This document shows positions 24,679-34,578 of a DNA stretch of 64,000 nt, one piece after another (within the stretch, counting starts at the first letter, position 1; the number at the start of each line of letters is the position of its first letter). The DNA is from a virus: positions 1-64,000 of the IMG/VR virus record IMGVR_UViG_3300027754_000045, one strand, 5' to 3'. The position numbers and the translations under genes are program-made. A model generated the notes under the pieces. It made no database searches and was not told the DNA's origin. It worked only from the letters and a program-made list of their open reading frames with translations.

Positions 24679-25571
24679 TGAAAATTCATTTCTGTTGAGT
24701 TATTTAGTCTATCAGTTTCTTCTTGTAAGTGATTTCTAATTTGTTCTAGATAAATTGATCGTTCCCAAGGAATCATATTTTCTATCTCGTTTAGGGTATA
24801 ATGATGATAATATTTCATTTGAAAATTTTGTATATAATACAAATCTAAACTTAGATGACTAAAAAAAAAATTAATTAGGTTGAAAATTCCCTTTATAGTT
24901 ATACTGCGTTTTACCAAATCAGATGTTACGTAATCAGAAACAATAAAAACCGCAGGCAATGAATCAAAATATTCTATTATTTTATTAAATTGTTTTGGAG
25001 TTAAATTTTGAATAAACTCTATTAATTCTTTTTGGCTTTTGTCTGAACAATCTATGACTTCTTTTTGTGTAACAATTTGTTTAACACAAGAGGCAATAAA
25101 CTGGTATATAGTTTCGTTATCGTCTTTGTAGTTGGGATATTTTAATAATGTTCCTATTGTAGGAACAGACATTACTAAAATTAAATTATCTTGTAGTTTT
25201 ATTTTGTGATTAATTTTATTTTTATTCACAGAAATGTCTGTACTTAAATTTACAGTAATATCTACAGATTCGTTTGTTTCTGGACACGTAATATTGAACG
25301 ATTCTATTTCTCCTAAAGACTTTGATCTCAATAACAAAAAGGCTTGTTCAAAATCACAAATACTATAAGAAAGTATACTTTTTTCGTTAAAACAAGATGA
25401 CATTATGTCTGTTAATGTCTTTAATATGGTTATTTTGTCTTTTGATTGTTTGGCCAATAATAAGGATTTTTCTTCTAGTACTATAATTGGACGAAAAGAA
25501 ACTTGTTTTCCTGATTGTAATTTTTCACAATATTGAGGAAAAGACGAAATTATTATATCTTTTAGTGCCAT
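24675..25571 (-). CDS. gp26/gp51: baseplate hub assembly chaperone gp26 fused in frame to gp51
   Basis: N-part FRP..V.EEK.LL.A, LR.KS.GE, CP (gp26); C-part YY..NF.M..HHY.L.EIENMIPWER.IY (gp51); T10 run at the junction. Confidence 0.85.
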   Translation of the reverse strand: MALKDIIISSFPQYCEKLQSGKQVSFRPIIVLEEKSLLLAKQSKDKITILKTLTDIMSSCFNEKSILSYSICDFEQAFLLLRSKSLGEIESFNITCPETNESVDITVNLSTDISVNKNKINHKIKLQDNLILVMSVPTIGTLLKYPNYKDDNETIYQFIASCVKQIVTQKEVIDCSDKSQKELIEFIQNLTPKQFNKIIEYFDSLPAVFIVSDYVTSDLVKRSITIKGIFNLINFFFSHLSLDLYYIQNFQMKYYHHYTLNEIENMIPWERSIYLEQIRNHLQEETDRLNNSTEMNFQ

Positions 25572-25580
25572 ATATAATCC

Positions 25581-26165
25581 TTATGCTACAGTATAATATC
25601 TATAATTCATATCAACTAATAGGGTTAAGTAGGTATTTGATGCATTATTATTCATTTCTGATGGAATAATAAGTTTTGGATAACTATCGTGTAGTGTTAT
25701 TGTGTAATTAACGTCACCATTAATACCTAATGCTTCTATAATTACGGTTCCTACAATATCACTCCAATAATTAACCCTAGAAGAATTATTATAACTTCGA
25801 TCTCGATTTGAGTTATTAGAGTTTACAAACACAGAATCTATCCAAGAGTCAAAGAATTTTCTAATGTTCCATTTAGAATCTACTACAAATTCAATTATAA
25901 ACCTTTCATCAAATACTCTTTTAAACGGAACTTGTATGTTTCCTCCAGACGGAGACATAGTGTCTTCTCTGTATAGTATAGCCTGAGATGGAGTTTGTAT
26001 CATATTAACAAATATATCGTTGTTTGTCAATAGATTTAAATTTCTTAAAATTAATGGTGGTAAAATTTTTACTCTAAATCTATTTGGTCTCTGAAATCCA
26101 GACATTCTAGAAAACAGAGATACTAGAGAGTCAATATTATTGTTATTAGGCGTTGTGGGAGGCAT
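25581..26165 (-). CDS. gp54: baseplate tail-tube initiator (gp54/gp19-like)
   Basis: RPNRF.V, RKFFDSWID, L.D.YP tube-fold motifs; synteny. Confidence 0.7.
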   Translation of the reverse strand: MPPTTPNNNNIDSLVSLFSRMSGFQRPNRFRVKILPPLILRNLNLLTNNDIFVNMIQTPSQAILYREDTMSPSGGNIQVPFKRVFDERFIIEFVVDSKWNIRKFFDSWIDSVFVNSNNSNRDRSYNNSSRVNYWSDIVGTVIIEALGINGDVNYTITLHDSYPKLIIPSEMNNNASNTYLTLLVDMNYRYYTVA

Positions 26166-26596
26166 TATTGTTTAAATAGATTATCTTCTGTTAAAATCTT
26201 AAAAATCCAACCTCGTTCTTTACAAAATATTTCTGCCGCTTTCCATTTACAGCTATTAGTTTCGTATAAAATACATTCGTTTAAATACATTTTTTTATTT
26301 TTTTTTGGTAATGGTTTTATTGTTTGTTTTTTTGGTTTAATCTCAATTACATACGTTTCTATTGTTCCGTCTTTTTCTGCTTCAAATAAAAAATCTGGAT
26401 AATATTGATGCATTTTTTTATCTATAGTAGACACATAAGGAATAGTTAATTCTTCACTACACCACCGAATAATAGTGTTATTTTGATCTAAATATTTACA
26501 AAATTTACGTTCCCATGAAGATCTGCATATGATGTTATCGGAATTTCCTACGTATTTTGTAATAAATTTTGGTTTATATTTAGTTTTATATGCCAT
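26165..26596 (-). CDS. gp4: head completion nuclease gp4 (TnsA-like PD-(D/E)xK)
   Basis: KY.GN...I..RSSWERKFC.Y.D, W.SEE..IPY, YYPDF, EIKP..QT, KW.AA. Confidence 0.92.
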   Translation of the reverse strand: MAYKTKYKPKFITKYVGNSDNIICRSSWERKFCKYLDQNNTIIRWCSEELTIPYVSTIDKKMHQYYPDFLFEAEKDGTIETYVIEIKPKKQTIKPLPKKNKKMYLNECILYETNSCKWKAAEIFCKERGWIFKILTEDNLFKQ

Positions 26597-26623
26597 AGTT
26601 ATAACTATATATCTATACAACAC

Positions 26624-27388
26624 ATGACAACAATGCAATTTCCTTCAACAAATGATCCGTTTTTTCCAGATATTCCTGTTTGGATGAACTTCTATGCTGC
26701 CAATTATAGCACATTTTCTCGAAACAGGACGAGAAATTATATTATTTCTCATAACTATCTTCAAATTTCAATACCGTATCCGCAAGATCACACAACCATG
26801 AATAATCAATTTTATGGAAAAGCTGGCTCCAAAAACAACAGAGTTATAGAAAAGGGGTTTGCGGGAGTAGGCCAAATGATAAACGCTCAATTTAATAAAT
26901 TCATCGAAACTAGCAATAGTTTTTTAGAGGGTGGTAATATATTAACATTTGATCATTATGAGACACAATTAGAACCAGGAGCCAGAAGAACTCATAAATT
27001 TAATATTCTTATGATTGCTAAAAACAGAGAACAAGCAAAACAAATAAACGATATAGCATTAGCTTTTCAAACAAACGTATTCCCAATATCAAATACTAGT
27101 TCTATATTAACAATGAGACACCCTCCTTTGTGGTGTTTTAAGGCTTTAGTTATTGGTAATAGTAATTTTCAAACTAATTCTTATTGGGATGGTCAGCCTC
27201 TAGTTTCTGTTTTGGCTAGTGCAGACATCAACAGATCTCCGATTTTAAACACAGCATTTATTACTTCTGATTTTAAGCCAATTGCGGTAAACATAAAACT
27301 TTCGTTTATTGAGCTTGAACCAGCATTACAAGTTGGTGATGGAAGCCTACGAATTTGGAGTAGATCAGAAAGATTAGACGCAAGTTAA
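26624..27388 (+). CDS. gp48: baseplate tail-tube cap gp48-like
   Basis: R.H.F...M.AKN.E.A..I..I...F and P....L.F.ELE motifs; synteny before gp53. Confidence 0.7.
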   Translation: MTTMQFPSTNDPFFPDIPVWMNFYAANYSTFSRNRTRNYIISHNYLQISIPYPQDHTTMNNQFYGKAGSKNNRVIEKGFAGVGQMINAQFNKFIETSNSFLEGGNILTFDHYETQLEPGARRTHKFNILMIAKNREQAKQINDIALAFQTNVFPISNTSSILTMRHPPLWCFKALVIGNSNFQTNSYWDGQPLVSVLASADINRSPILNTAFITSDFKPIAVNIKLSFIELEPALQVGDGSLRIWSRSERLDAS

Positions 27389-29247
27389 TGTTTGACTTAT
27401 TTCCAAAAATTAATTACAATTTTGGAGGGTTTACTCTTTCATTGACAAATATTTTTAGTAGTATTAATCTAGAATTAGATAGTCCTCTTGAAATATTTAC
27501 AAAATACATAACTCCTGGCGAACGACCAGATATTATATCTAATAATTTATACAATAAGTCTAGTCTTTATTGGTCTGTGTTTTTAATCAACAATATTAAA
27601 AATCCATTATCAGATTGGTCTAAAAATCAAATTAGCCATGATACACAAATAGAAACAAAGTATAGTGGTTGGGAATATCAATTTGCTAATACGTCGCCTT
27701 TTATTCCAGGAAATACTTTTAATTTTAATATTAATAAAACGAATTCATATACAGGAGTAAATTTTGATGAAATTCTAGAAGGCGATTTAATCATATACGA
27801 GTCTGGGGTTGGATCGTATTCTGTTCAATGTATTGGTTCTGGTGGTTTTACTAGTGATTTTTCCCTTTGTACTAGTCCACAATACGGTCAAAGTAATATT
27901 CCAGACAATTTTGACGATCAGAATTCTGTTGTTCAAACTACGTGTGGTGAATATTTTACTGCGTGTCTTACCTCTGAAGGCAGAATACGAGTATGGGGAA
28001 ACTTTAATACAACTAGTTCTGATCTAACCAAAACTGAAAATATTTGGAAATCTTCCTCGAATGGTTATACTTTTATTCACGGTACTGGAAACGATCTTTT
28101 GGCTATAAAAACAGACGGAAGTATTGTCTGTTATGGCGGATGTACAGCTTTTAATACATTTCAGGTTAGTAGTGGTGGTCCTTACAAAAAAATTGCTTGG
28201 GCTACTAATGGTATTTGTGGTGGAGTTGCTATTACTACTACTGGTGCAACCAAACATTTTGGGTTTACTGGATTTCAAGCAGATATGGGTGCTACGTTTT
28301 CTCATATTGCTTGTGGATCTAATTTTTGTTCAGGAATAAAGGGAAGTAACAAACAAGTAGTAGTATGGAAAGGAAATTTAGGAATAACATTATGTACTAG
28401 TGGTATTACTGCTGGAGGTATTAATGTTTCTGGATTTACTTGTAGTAATATTGCAGCAGGAGATAATCATATAGTAGTATTAAAGGGAGGTAATAACATG
28501 GGAGTAACCTCTTGGGGTGATAATAGTTATGGTCAATGTAATGTTTTTGAATTTGCTAATACTCCTACCCTAATATCTGCTGGTTCTAAACATACTGCAG
28601 CAATTTACACAGACAAAATACAATTTTTAGGCAGTATTGCAACATATAATCAGACTAATGGATGCACTGGCAATCAAAGCAACGTAAACGTTAACGGAAA
28701 GTCTATATCTGGAGAATTTAATAACATATCTTCTGGTAAAGAACATGTATGTTTACAAAAATATGGAACAAACAAAAAATATATTGGTGTCATATCTTCT
28801 GTTGATAGCATTTATAAACGTATTTTTGTAAAATCATTTCAATTTAGTGATTCAAATTCTATTAGTTTTGATGATCCTTCTGGTGTTGTGGTTTCTATTT
28901 GGCGTTGGAGTGATGCGTCAAATAGATATTTACAAGTAAAATTAATACAAAATCAATTACTAAGTATTCAAAAGTATTTGGATTCTACGCTATACATAAA
29001 CGAAAATGATAATTTATTAGATATTACAAGTAATTCTAATTGGATTAATGTGTATATACCAAATTATCTAAACGGAAACAATAGTAATTTTATTACTGTA
29101 AGAAAACAATTAATGAATGATGATTTTGTAAAAAAACAAAAAATTAATTATTTAACAAAGGACAAAATAGAATTATTAAAAGCACAAATAAGATCTAAAT
29201 TGTTATTAAACAGTAATATTAATATAAAATTAAGTGAATTACAATGA
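27388..29247 (+). CDS. gp53: baseplate wedge gp53 with inserted RCC1-like repeats
   Basis: F..FPKINY, GERPD.IS..LY....YW..FL.N.I.NP..DW (gp53 LysM-like); internal AAGDNH..WGDNSYGQC repeats. Confidence 0.8.
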   Translation: MFDLFPKINYNFGGFTLSLTNIFSSINLELDSPLEIFTKYITPGERPDIISNNLYNKSSLYWSVFLINNIKNPLSDWSKNQISHDTQIETKYSGWEYQFANTSPFIPGNTFNFNINKTNSYTGVNFDEILEGDLIIYESGVGSYSVQCIGSGGFTSDFSLCTSPQYGQSNIPDNFDDQNSVVQTTCGEYFTACLTSEGRIRVWGNFNTTSSDLTKTENIWKSSSNGYTFIHGTGNDLLAIKTDGSIVCYGGCTAFNTFQVSSGGPYKKIAWATNGICGGVAITTTGATKHFGFTGFQADMGATFSHIACGSNFCSGIKGSNKQVVVWKGNLGITLCTSGITAGGINVSGFTCSNIAAGDNHIVVLKGGNNMGVTSWGDNSYGQCNVFEFANTPTLISAGSKHTAAIYTDKIQFLGSIATYNQTNGCTGNQSNVNVNGKSISGEFNNISSGKEHVCLQKYGTNKKYIGVISSVDSIYKRIFVKSFQFSDSNSISFDDPSGVVVSIWRWSDASNRYLQVKLIQNQLLSIQKYLDSTLYINENDNLLDITSNSNWINVYIPNYLNGNNSNFITVRKQLMNDDFVKKQKINYLTKDKIELLKAQIRSKLLLNSNINIKLSELQ

Positions 29248-31508
29248 CGGATGTTATAACACAAACTCAAATAGACATCCCAAACATAACTCTTGGTGAG
29301 GTTTCTATAACATCATCTAATCAAAAATATGTACTCTACCCAAGAGAAAACAGTTTATCACAAGAATATTTTATATTCGATCAAATAACTATTACAGAAG
29401 ATATGTTTGCGGAAAGTATTTTTGGAACTTTAGTGTTTAATGATTCATCTTATATAATAGATCAATTAAATCTAACTTCATCTGACAAAATATCTTTTAC
29501 GGTAGATTCAACCTTATACGAATTTAATATTTTAGACGTAATAATTGATTCGAATTTAGCAAGCAAAAATATACACGGTCCAGCTGGTAGTGTACACCAA
29601 GTTATAATTAGATTTTCGTCAAATGAATTCATTTATAAAAATTTTAATGTTAGTTTACTCGAAAACTTTATAGGAAAAATTTCTAAAACTCCTGGTGCTG
29701 CTCCTCCTGAGCAAACTTCTTTAGATTTTGATTCTGGTCAATTATCAGCTGCAGAAGCACAAATGACGGGATTAGTTCAAAAATTATTTAAAGATGATAT
29801 GATGACAAAAGATTCTAAAAAACCCCTAGAAGCACATAACACATACAATGATGTTTGGGTAAAGGCTGAAAATTTTCTTTTTCCTTTTTATAAATTAGGA
29901 AATAATTTACGTATATCGCATTTGATGAATTATGTTTGCGAGTATGCTTGTAGCTTAAATAATAAAAATGCAGTTAATTTTTTTTTCTGGGAAGATCTAC
30001 AAAGCTGGAATTTTAAATGTATTGATGAATTATTAAAAGAGTCTAATAATTATAAAGGAACTTATAATTTAGGCGGCTTGGCAGGAAGTGATAATAGTTT
30101 TCTGAATACTGTAGTTGAAATGAGAATTATTAGCGATATATCTCCGTCTAAATTATTAAATGGTGGAGCAATGTTTGGAGAATATGTTAGAATAATGCCA
30201 GATTGGGGTAATATATATCGTAATTTTTCAGACAATGCAACAGGTTTAACAAAAATGCAAATTACGTATAATTATGAAGAAGATTCCGAAAACTGGGAAA
30301 AAATTTCTCCACATTCATTTTTATCATCAAAAACAAATATTGAATACAAAACGCAAAATGATTATAGTTTTGTCCGTACTTCCGATTATAATTATGGATT
30401 TTATTCTACAGCATATAATTCTGAAAAAAAACCTTGGTGGAATTTTTATGATTTTTCTATTAATAAATATTACGGAAAAAAACTTGGTATAGAAAATAGC
30501 GAAAATATAAAAACTAAAGAAAATTTAATAGACAATATATCAAGTTCAAAAGAAGTTTCTAGAACAGAAAACGAATATTGGCAATCTCAATTTGATTTTT
30601 CAGAACTTCCTGGTGCATTTTTGAAAAAAATATACAAAGAAATAAAATGGCCTTTAACAAAAAATCGTTGGAATTACGCAGAAGCAAAAAAAACTAAAAC
30701 CGAATGGGGCGTTTACAAAAATGTTGTTTGTTGCGATAGTTTTTCTTCTAGCAATGATCAGACTGATTTTTATGCTTTAATATACGCAGCAGACAAAATT
30801 TATGGAGGTAATAGCTTAGGATTTGAAGGAGTTTGTGGAGCCACGGAATTTAATATTGATCCTGGTGGAATATATGCATATTCTTGGCAACAAGTTGAGT
30901 TTTGGCCAAAATCAGAAGTTAAAGACATATTAGAGTCATCCTTTGAAATAATTGAGTTTGAAGATGCTGGTTCGTTTTCATTTCCTTTTGTTTTTGTTAG
31001 TAATAAAAAATCACTAAAGGGGAATTTCGATTATACTGAGGGGTATACTGGACCAGATAATAGAGCTTATAATTTAAGTGAGATTTTAAATACCAGTATT
31101 CCGAAATCGTTTGAAAATAAGAACGATAAAGACCACACAACAATAACGACAAATTCAGGTGTATCTATGCCGTTACATATAGAAGATACAGACAGAAAAT
31201 CATATTCTTCTTATCCAAAAAAATATCAAATGATGCCTGTTGGAAAATTCAGAGTAATTGATAATAACTGTCCAGATTTTTCTCAATCTGGAACAGAAAT
31301 ATCAGAAGAACAAGTAGAAAAAAATGAGTCTGGTATGTATTATGGTGGTAGAATTGTTCACATGAAAGTATTATCGTCCAGTAATCTAAATATGATCAGA
31401 GGATTTACTTTACCTCAAGAATTGCCATTGAAAAAGCAAAGACCGTATATGTTTTTGTTTGATGTTGATAATACACACGATGGCTTGTGTACTGGAGATT
31501 GTGCATAA
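29244..31508 (+). CDS. baseplate hub protein (gp27-like), N-terminal part with insertions
   Basis: I.EDMF...IFGTL...D at the N-terminus and FFFWED...WNFK.I..L motif; synteny after gp53. Confidence 0.6.
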   Translation: MTDVITQTQIDIPNITLGEVSITSSNQKYVLYPRENSLSQEYFIFDQITITEDMFAESIFGTLVFNDSSYIIDQLNLTSSDKISFTVDSTLYEFNILDVIIDSNLASKNIHGPAGSVHQVIIRFSSNEFIYKNFNVSLLENFIGKISKTPGAAPPEQTSLDFDSGQLSAAEAQMTGLVQKLFKDDMMTKDSKKPLEAHNTYNDVWVKAENFLFPFYKLGNNLRISHLMNYVCEYACSLNNKNAVNFFFWEDLQSWNFKCIDELLKESNNYKGTYNLGGLAGSDNSFLNTVVEMRIISDISPSKLLNGGAMFGEYVRIMPDWGNIYRNFSDNATGLTKMQITYNYEEDSENWEKISPHSFLSSKTNIEYKTQNDYSFVRTSDYNYGFYSTAYNSEKKPWWNFYDFSINKYYGKKLGIENSENIKTKENLIDNISSSKEVSRTENEYWQSQFDFSELPGAFLKKIYKEIKWPLTKNRWNYAEAKKTKTEWGVYKNVVCCDSFSSSNDQTDFYALIYAADKIYGGNSLGFEGVCGATEFNIDPGGIYAYSWQQVEFWPKSEVKDILESSFEIIEFEDAGSFSFPFVFVSNKKSLKGNFDYTEGYTGPDNRAYNLSEILNTSIPKSFENKNDKDHTTITTNSGVSMPLHIEDTDRKSYSSYPKKYQMMPVGKFRVIDNNCPDFSQSGTEISEEQVEKNESGMYYGGRIVHMKVLSSSNLNMIRGFTLPQELPLKKQRPYMFLFDVDNTHDGLCTGDCA

Positions 31509-32491
31509 TGGCTAAAAGATTAAGTAAATTTACAGAATTTAATTTAGATGACTTTTTTGGTATACAGAATGGTCAAGGTTCTAATTTTACGCATGCTCTA
31601 AAACCAACTTCGCCAACTTCATACGAAATTAGTGAATTTGGACCTTGTATGAACCCTGGCGGTTATGTTTCTAATGTAGATTGCCCTGATCTAAACAAAC
31701 CTTACTGCAATTGTCCAAATCAACACCTTATGCCTAAAGGATTTGGGGGAAAAGAGCCGACAGAAAAAGAACTATTATCATTATTAAAAGAGACAAACGA
31801 ATGTGATAAAATAAAAACAGTTTTGTCTGCGGATAAGTGGTTTGGTATTGATTATTCTAATCCTAATTGTTCATATAATTGTTTTTCTGGGATTTGTGCT
31901 GGGTCTCCAAGTGGCGTTAGTAGTGGTTATAAAGAGCTTTCCGAGTTTAATCGTACGACAACTGAACCAGATGCTGGCGAAGAAGATAATTATAGGTTTC
32001 CGTATAGTGAAAGAAAATCGTATACAGACGAAGATACTGGTAAAATAATGTCATTTGTTGGTATTACTGGTTCTACTGGTCCCGATGATCCTACTGATCC
32101 TACTGATCCTGGTGCAACCAGTAATACTGATAAACTTAATAATTTTAAAGATTATTTAGCATATTCTAGAACAAATGCTACTTTTTGGAATACGCCACCA
32201 AAAACTCCACTTTTGAGAAAAGCTCAGACAGCACTATTAACTTATCAGAGAATAAGTATTATGGTGAATGGTCATTTTGATATCAGACCTGGAAACACGA
32301 TTAAACTAAATATTCCTACAGGAGAAGCTAAAAGCATTTCAGAAACTAGGTTTTCTGGTAAATGGATGATTTATAAAATAGAACGAATAATAACTACGCA
32401 AAAACATTCAATGATTTTATCTCTTATGAGAGACGGAAACGCAAAAGATCCAGATACTACAACAAGTGTTGATACTTCAAAAACAGGTTAA
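31508..32491 (+). CDS. baseplate hub protein (gp27-like), C-terminal part with Cys-rich N-region
   Basis: I.V.G...IRPG..I.L.IP....SGKW.I..I...I......L.L.RD hub C-terminal motif; TAATG coupling to the previous gene. Confidence 0.6.
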   Translation: MAKRLSKFTEFNLDDFFGIQNGQGSNFTHALKPTSPTSYEISEFGPCMNPGGYVSNVDCPDLNKPYCNCPNQHLMPKGFGGKEPTEKELLSLLKETNECDKIKTVLSADKWFGIDYSNPNCSYNCFSGICAGSPSGVSSGYKELSEFNRTTTEPDAGEEDNYRFPYSERKSYTDEDTGKIMSFVGITGSTGPDDPTDPTDPGATSNTDKLNNFKDYLAYSRTNATFWNTPPKTPLLRKAQTALLTYQRISIMVNGHFDIRPGNTIKLNIPTGEAKSISETRFSGKWMIYKIERIITTQKHSMILSLMRDGNAKDPDTTTSVDTSKTG

Positions 32492-32494
32492 TAT

Positions 32495-32869
32495 ATGACA
32501 TTAGTATACAAAGACATAGATTTTTTATTAGAAATAAACGCAGTAAGCGGCGATATGAACATAAAAACAGATTCATATGCAGTATCTCAGACTATAAAAA
32601 ACATAGTATTAACCTCTCAAGGAGAAAAATTATTTGTTCCTGGTTTTGGAGGAAATGCTAATGATTTAATGTATTCTAACTCAAATGTACTGGATTTAGA
32701 AAATAAAAAGATATTTTTTTTAGCGGCATTAGAAACATACGAACCAAGAGCAACTATAACAAATATAAATATCGTAGACTCAACATTAGGTTATTGGCTT
32801 GTAAATATTGAGTATTACTTAAAATTATCACCAGATATTACTCGTTTTGTACAAATAACAACAGAATAA
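32495..32869 (+). CDS. gp25: baseplate wedge gp25
   Basis: YKDID, AV.Q.IKNIVLT..GEK.F.P.FG, YEPR. Confidence 0.92.
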   Translation: MTLVYKDIDFLLEINAVSGDMNIKTDSYAVSQTIKNIVLTSQGEKLFVPGFGGNANDLMYSNSNVLDLENKKIFFLAALETYEPRATITNINIVDSTLGYWLVNIEYYLKLSPDITRFVQITTE

Positions 32870-32877
32870 ATAAAGAT

Positions 32878-34578
32878 ATGGCAACCCCACAAATAAATAT
32901 AGCTTCTTTGACTTTTGATGATATAAAGGCATCATTAAAAGCTTACTTAACACTTCCAGGTTCTCCGTTTTCTGTATATACTGGTAGTGCATTTGATAGC
33001 TTATTAGATGTTTTTGCGTATAATACTTTGTTTTATTCATTTTATAGTAATATGGTTGCTAATGAATCTTTTCTTGAAACTGCTTCAATAGAAAATAATA
33101 TTGTTTCTTTGTTAAAACCATTAGGTGTTTTTGTGGAAGGAAAACAATCTTCTTTGTGTGGAATTACTGCGAGTTCTATTACTGGCACTGTTCCAGTAGT
33201 ATCGTATTCTACTGTATTTAGTGGTTCTAACACATTAGGAGACTTTAAATTTTATTCTATTGATGATGTTACACTAACCACAACACCAACAAAAATAAAT
33301 TTATATGAATCAAAATTTTTAGTTAAAAATATTCCTATAGCCGTAGATATATCAAATCAAAAAGCATTTCTGGGAGACACAAATATCGATACAAAAACTT
33401 TGTCTGTATTTGTTAACGGAACTAAATGGTCTAAATTTAATAATACACAGATAAACACAGGACCAAATAGTAATATTTATTTTGTTGATAGGACATCTAG
33501 TGGGTTTTATTTAGTTTTTGGCAAAAAAACAATAAACGATTACCAATCATCTTACGGTAAGAACATATTAAATTCAGATATTGTTACTGTTTCGTATATG
33601 ACACCTTCGGGAACAATCTCTAACGAAATTACTACAATAATTAGTAATAATATTGTTATCAGTTCTACAAAAACAACTGGTGGAACTGATAAACCAGATT
33701 TAGATTTATTTCGCAGTTTTGGTCCAAAATTATTTGCTGCTAACGACAGAGCTGTTACTAAGGAAGATTATTATGGTATTTTGTTACAATATTCAGATCT
33801 TTCGTCTCTTATACAAACAAAAAATCAAATAAACATTTGGGGAGGAGACGAATTAGATCCTCCAATTTATGGTAGAGTGTTTGTTTCTTATTCGAATAGT
33901 GCTTTAACACAAACTTCTCCTATTGTTGTACAATCTATGGAATATCTTAAAAGTAAATCTATAGTTACGGTTATTCCCGAATATGTTCGAATGCAACCAA
34001 TTAAGATAAAATTTAAAGCTTTGGTGGCAAATACTTCAAATACCGTAGGAACAATTAAGAGTACAATAGAAGCATACTTTAATACAGTTAAAATATTCAA
34101 TAATCCTATAAACGACACAATCATTACTTCTGTTGTAAAAAGCCTTAGTCAATCCACAAATGCAACAGTTGCTGTGGATCCAAGAGAAACAACGCTATCT
34201 TTATTGGTCAACGGATCTACTACTACCAAGAATTTTTATTTTAAAACTGAGCTGAAACAGCCAGCAGTAAGCACAGTTGGCACTATTGTTAGTTCTGATA
34301 CCTTTCTATATAATACTATTACATCAGTAATAAAGGATGTTAGTAGTAGTGATTCTTCTGTTGTTATTGGTCAGTTGTTTGTATATAATAACGCAAATAA
34401 TCAACCACTCCAAAATTTAGGTTTTGTTAACTACAAAACTGGTTATATAACACTAAAACCAAACATTCTTCCTACAGCATCATCAATTAATATTAATGTT
34501 GTTCCGAAAAATTTTAATACAATTAATATAAAACAAGAATTAGTTCCAGAAGTAGAAGTAACTGTGGAAATATCATAA
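32878..34578 (+). CDS. gp6: baseplate wedge gp6
   Basis: L.FD.IK.SL..YL, LLDV.AYNT....FY.NM.ANE.FL.TA, RAVT..DY, WGG.E..PP.YG.VF. Confidence 0.92.
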   Translation: MATPQINIASLTFDDIKASLKAYLTLPGSPFSVYTGSAFDSLLDVFAYNTLFYSFYSNMVANESFLETASIENNIVSLLKPLGVFVEGKQSSLCGITASSITGTVPVVSYSTVFSGSNTLGDFKFYSIDDVTLTTTPTKINLYESKFLVKNIPIAVDISNQKAFLGDTNIDTKTLSVFVNGTKWSKFNNTQINTGPNSNIYFVDRTSSGFYLVFGKKTINDYQSSYGKNILNSDIVTVSYMTPSGTISNEITTIISNNIVISSTKTTGGTDKPDLDLFRSFGPKLFAANDRAVTKEDYYGILLQYSDLSSLIQTKNQINIWGGDELDPPIYGRVFVSYSNSALTQTSPIVVQSMEYLKSKSIVTVIPEYVRMQPIKIKFKALVANTSNTVGTIKSTIEAYFNTVKIFNNPINDTIITSVVKSLSQSTNATVAVDPRETTLSLLVNGSTTTKNFYFKTELKQPAVSTVGTIVSSDTFLYNTITSVIKDVSSSDSSVVIGQLFVYNNANNQPLQNLGFVNYKTGYITLKPNILPTASSININVVPKNFNTINIKQELVPEVEVTVEIS

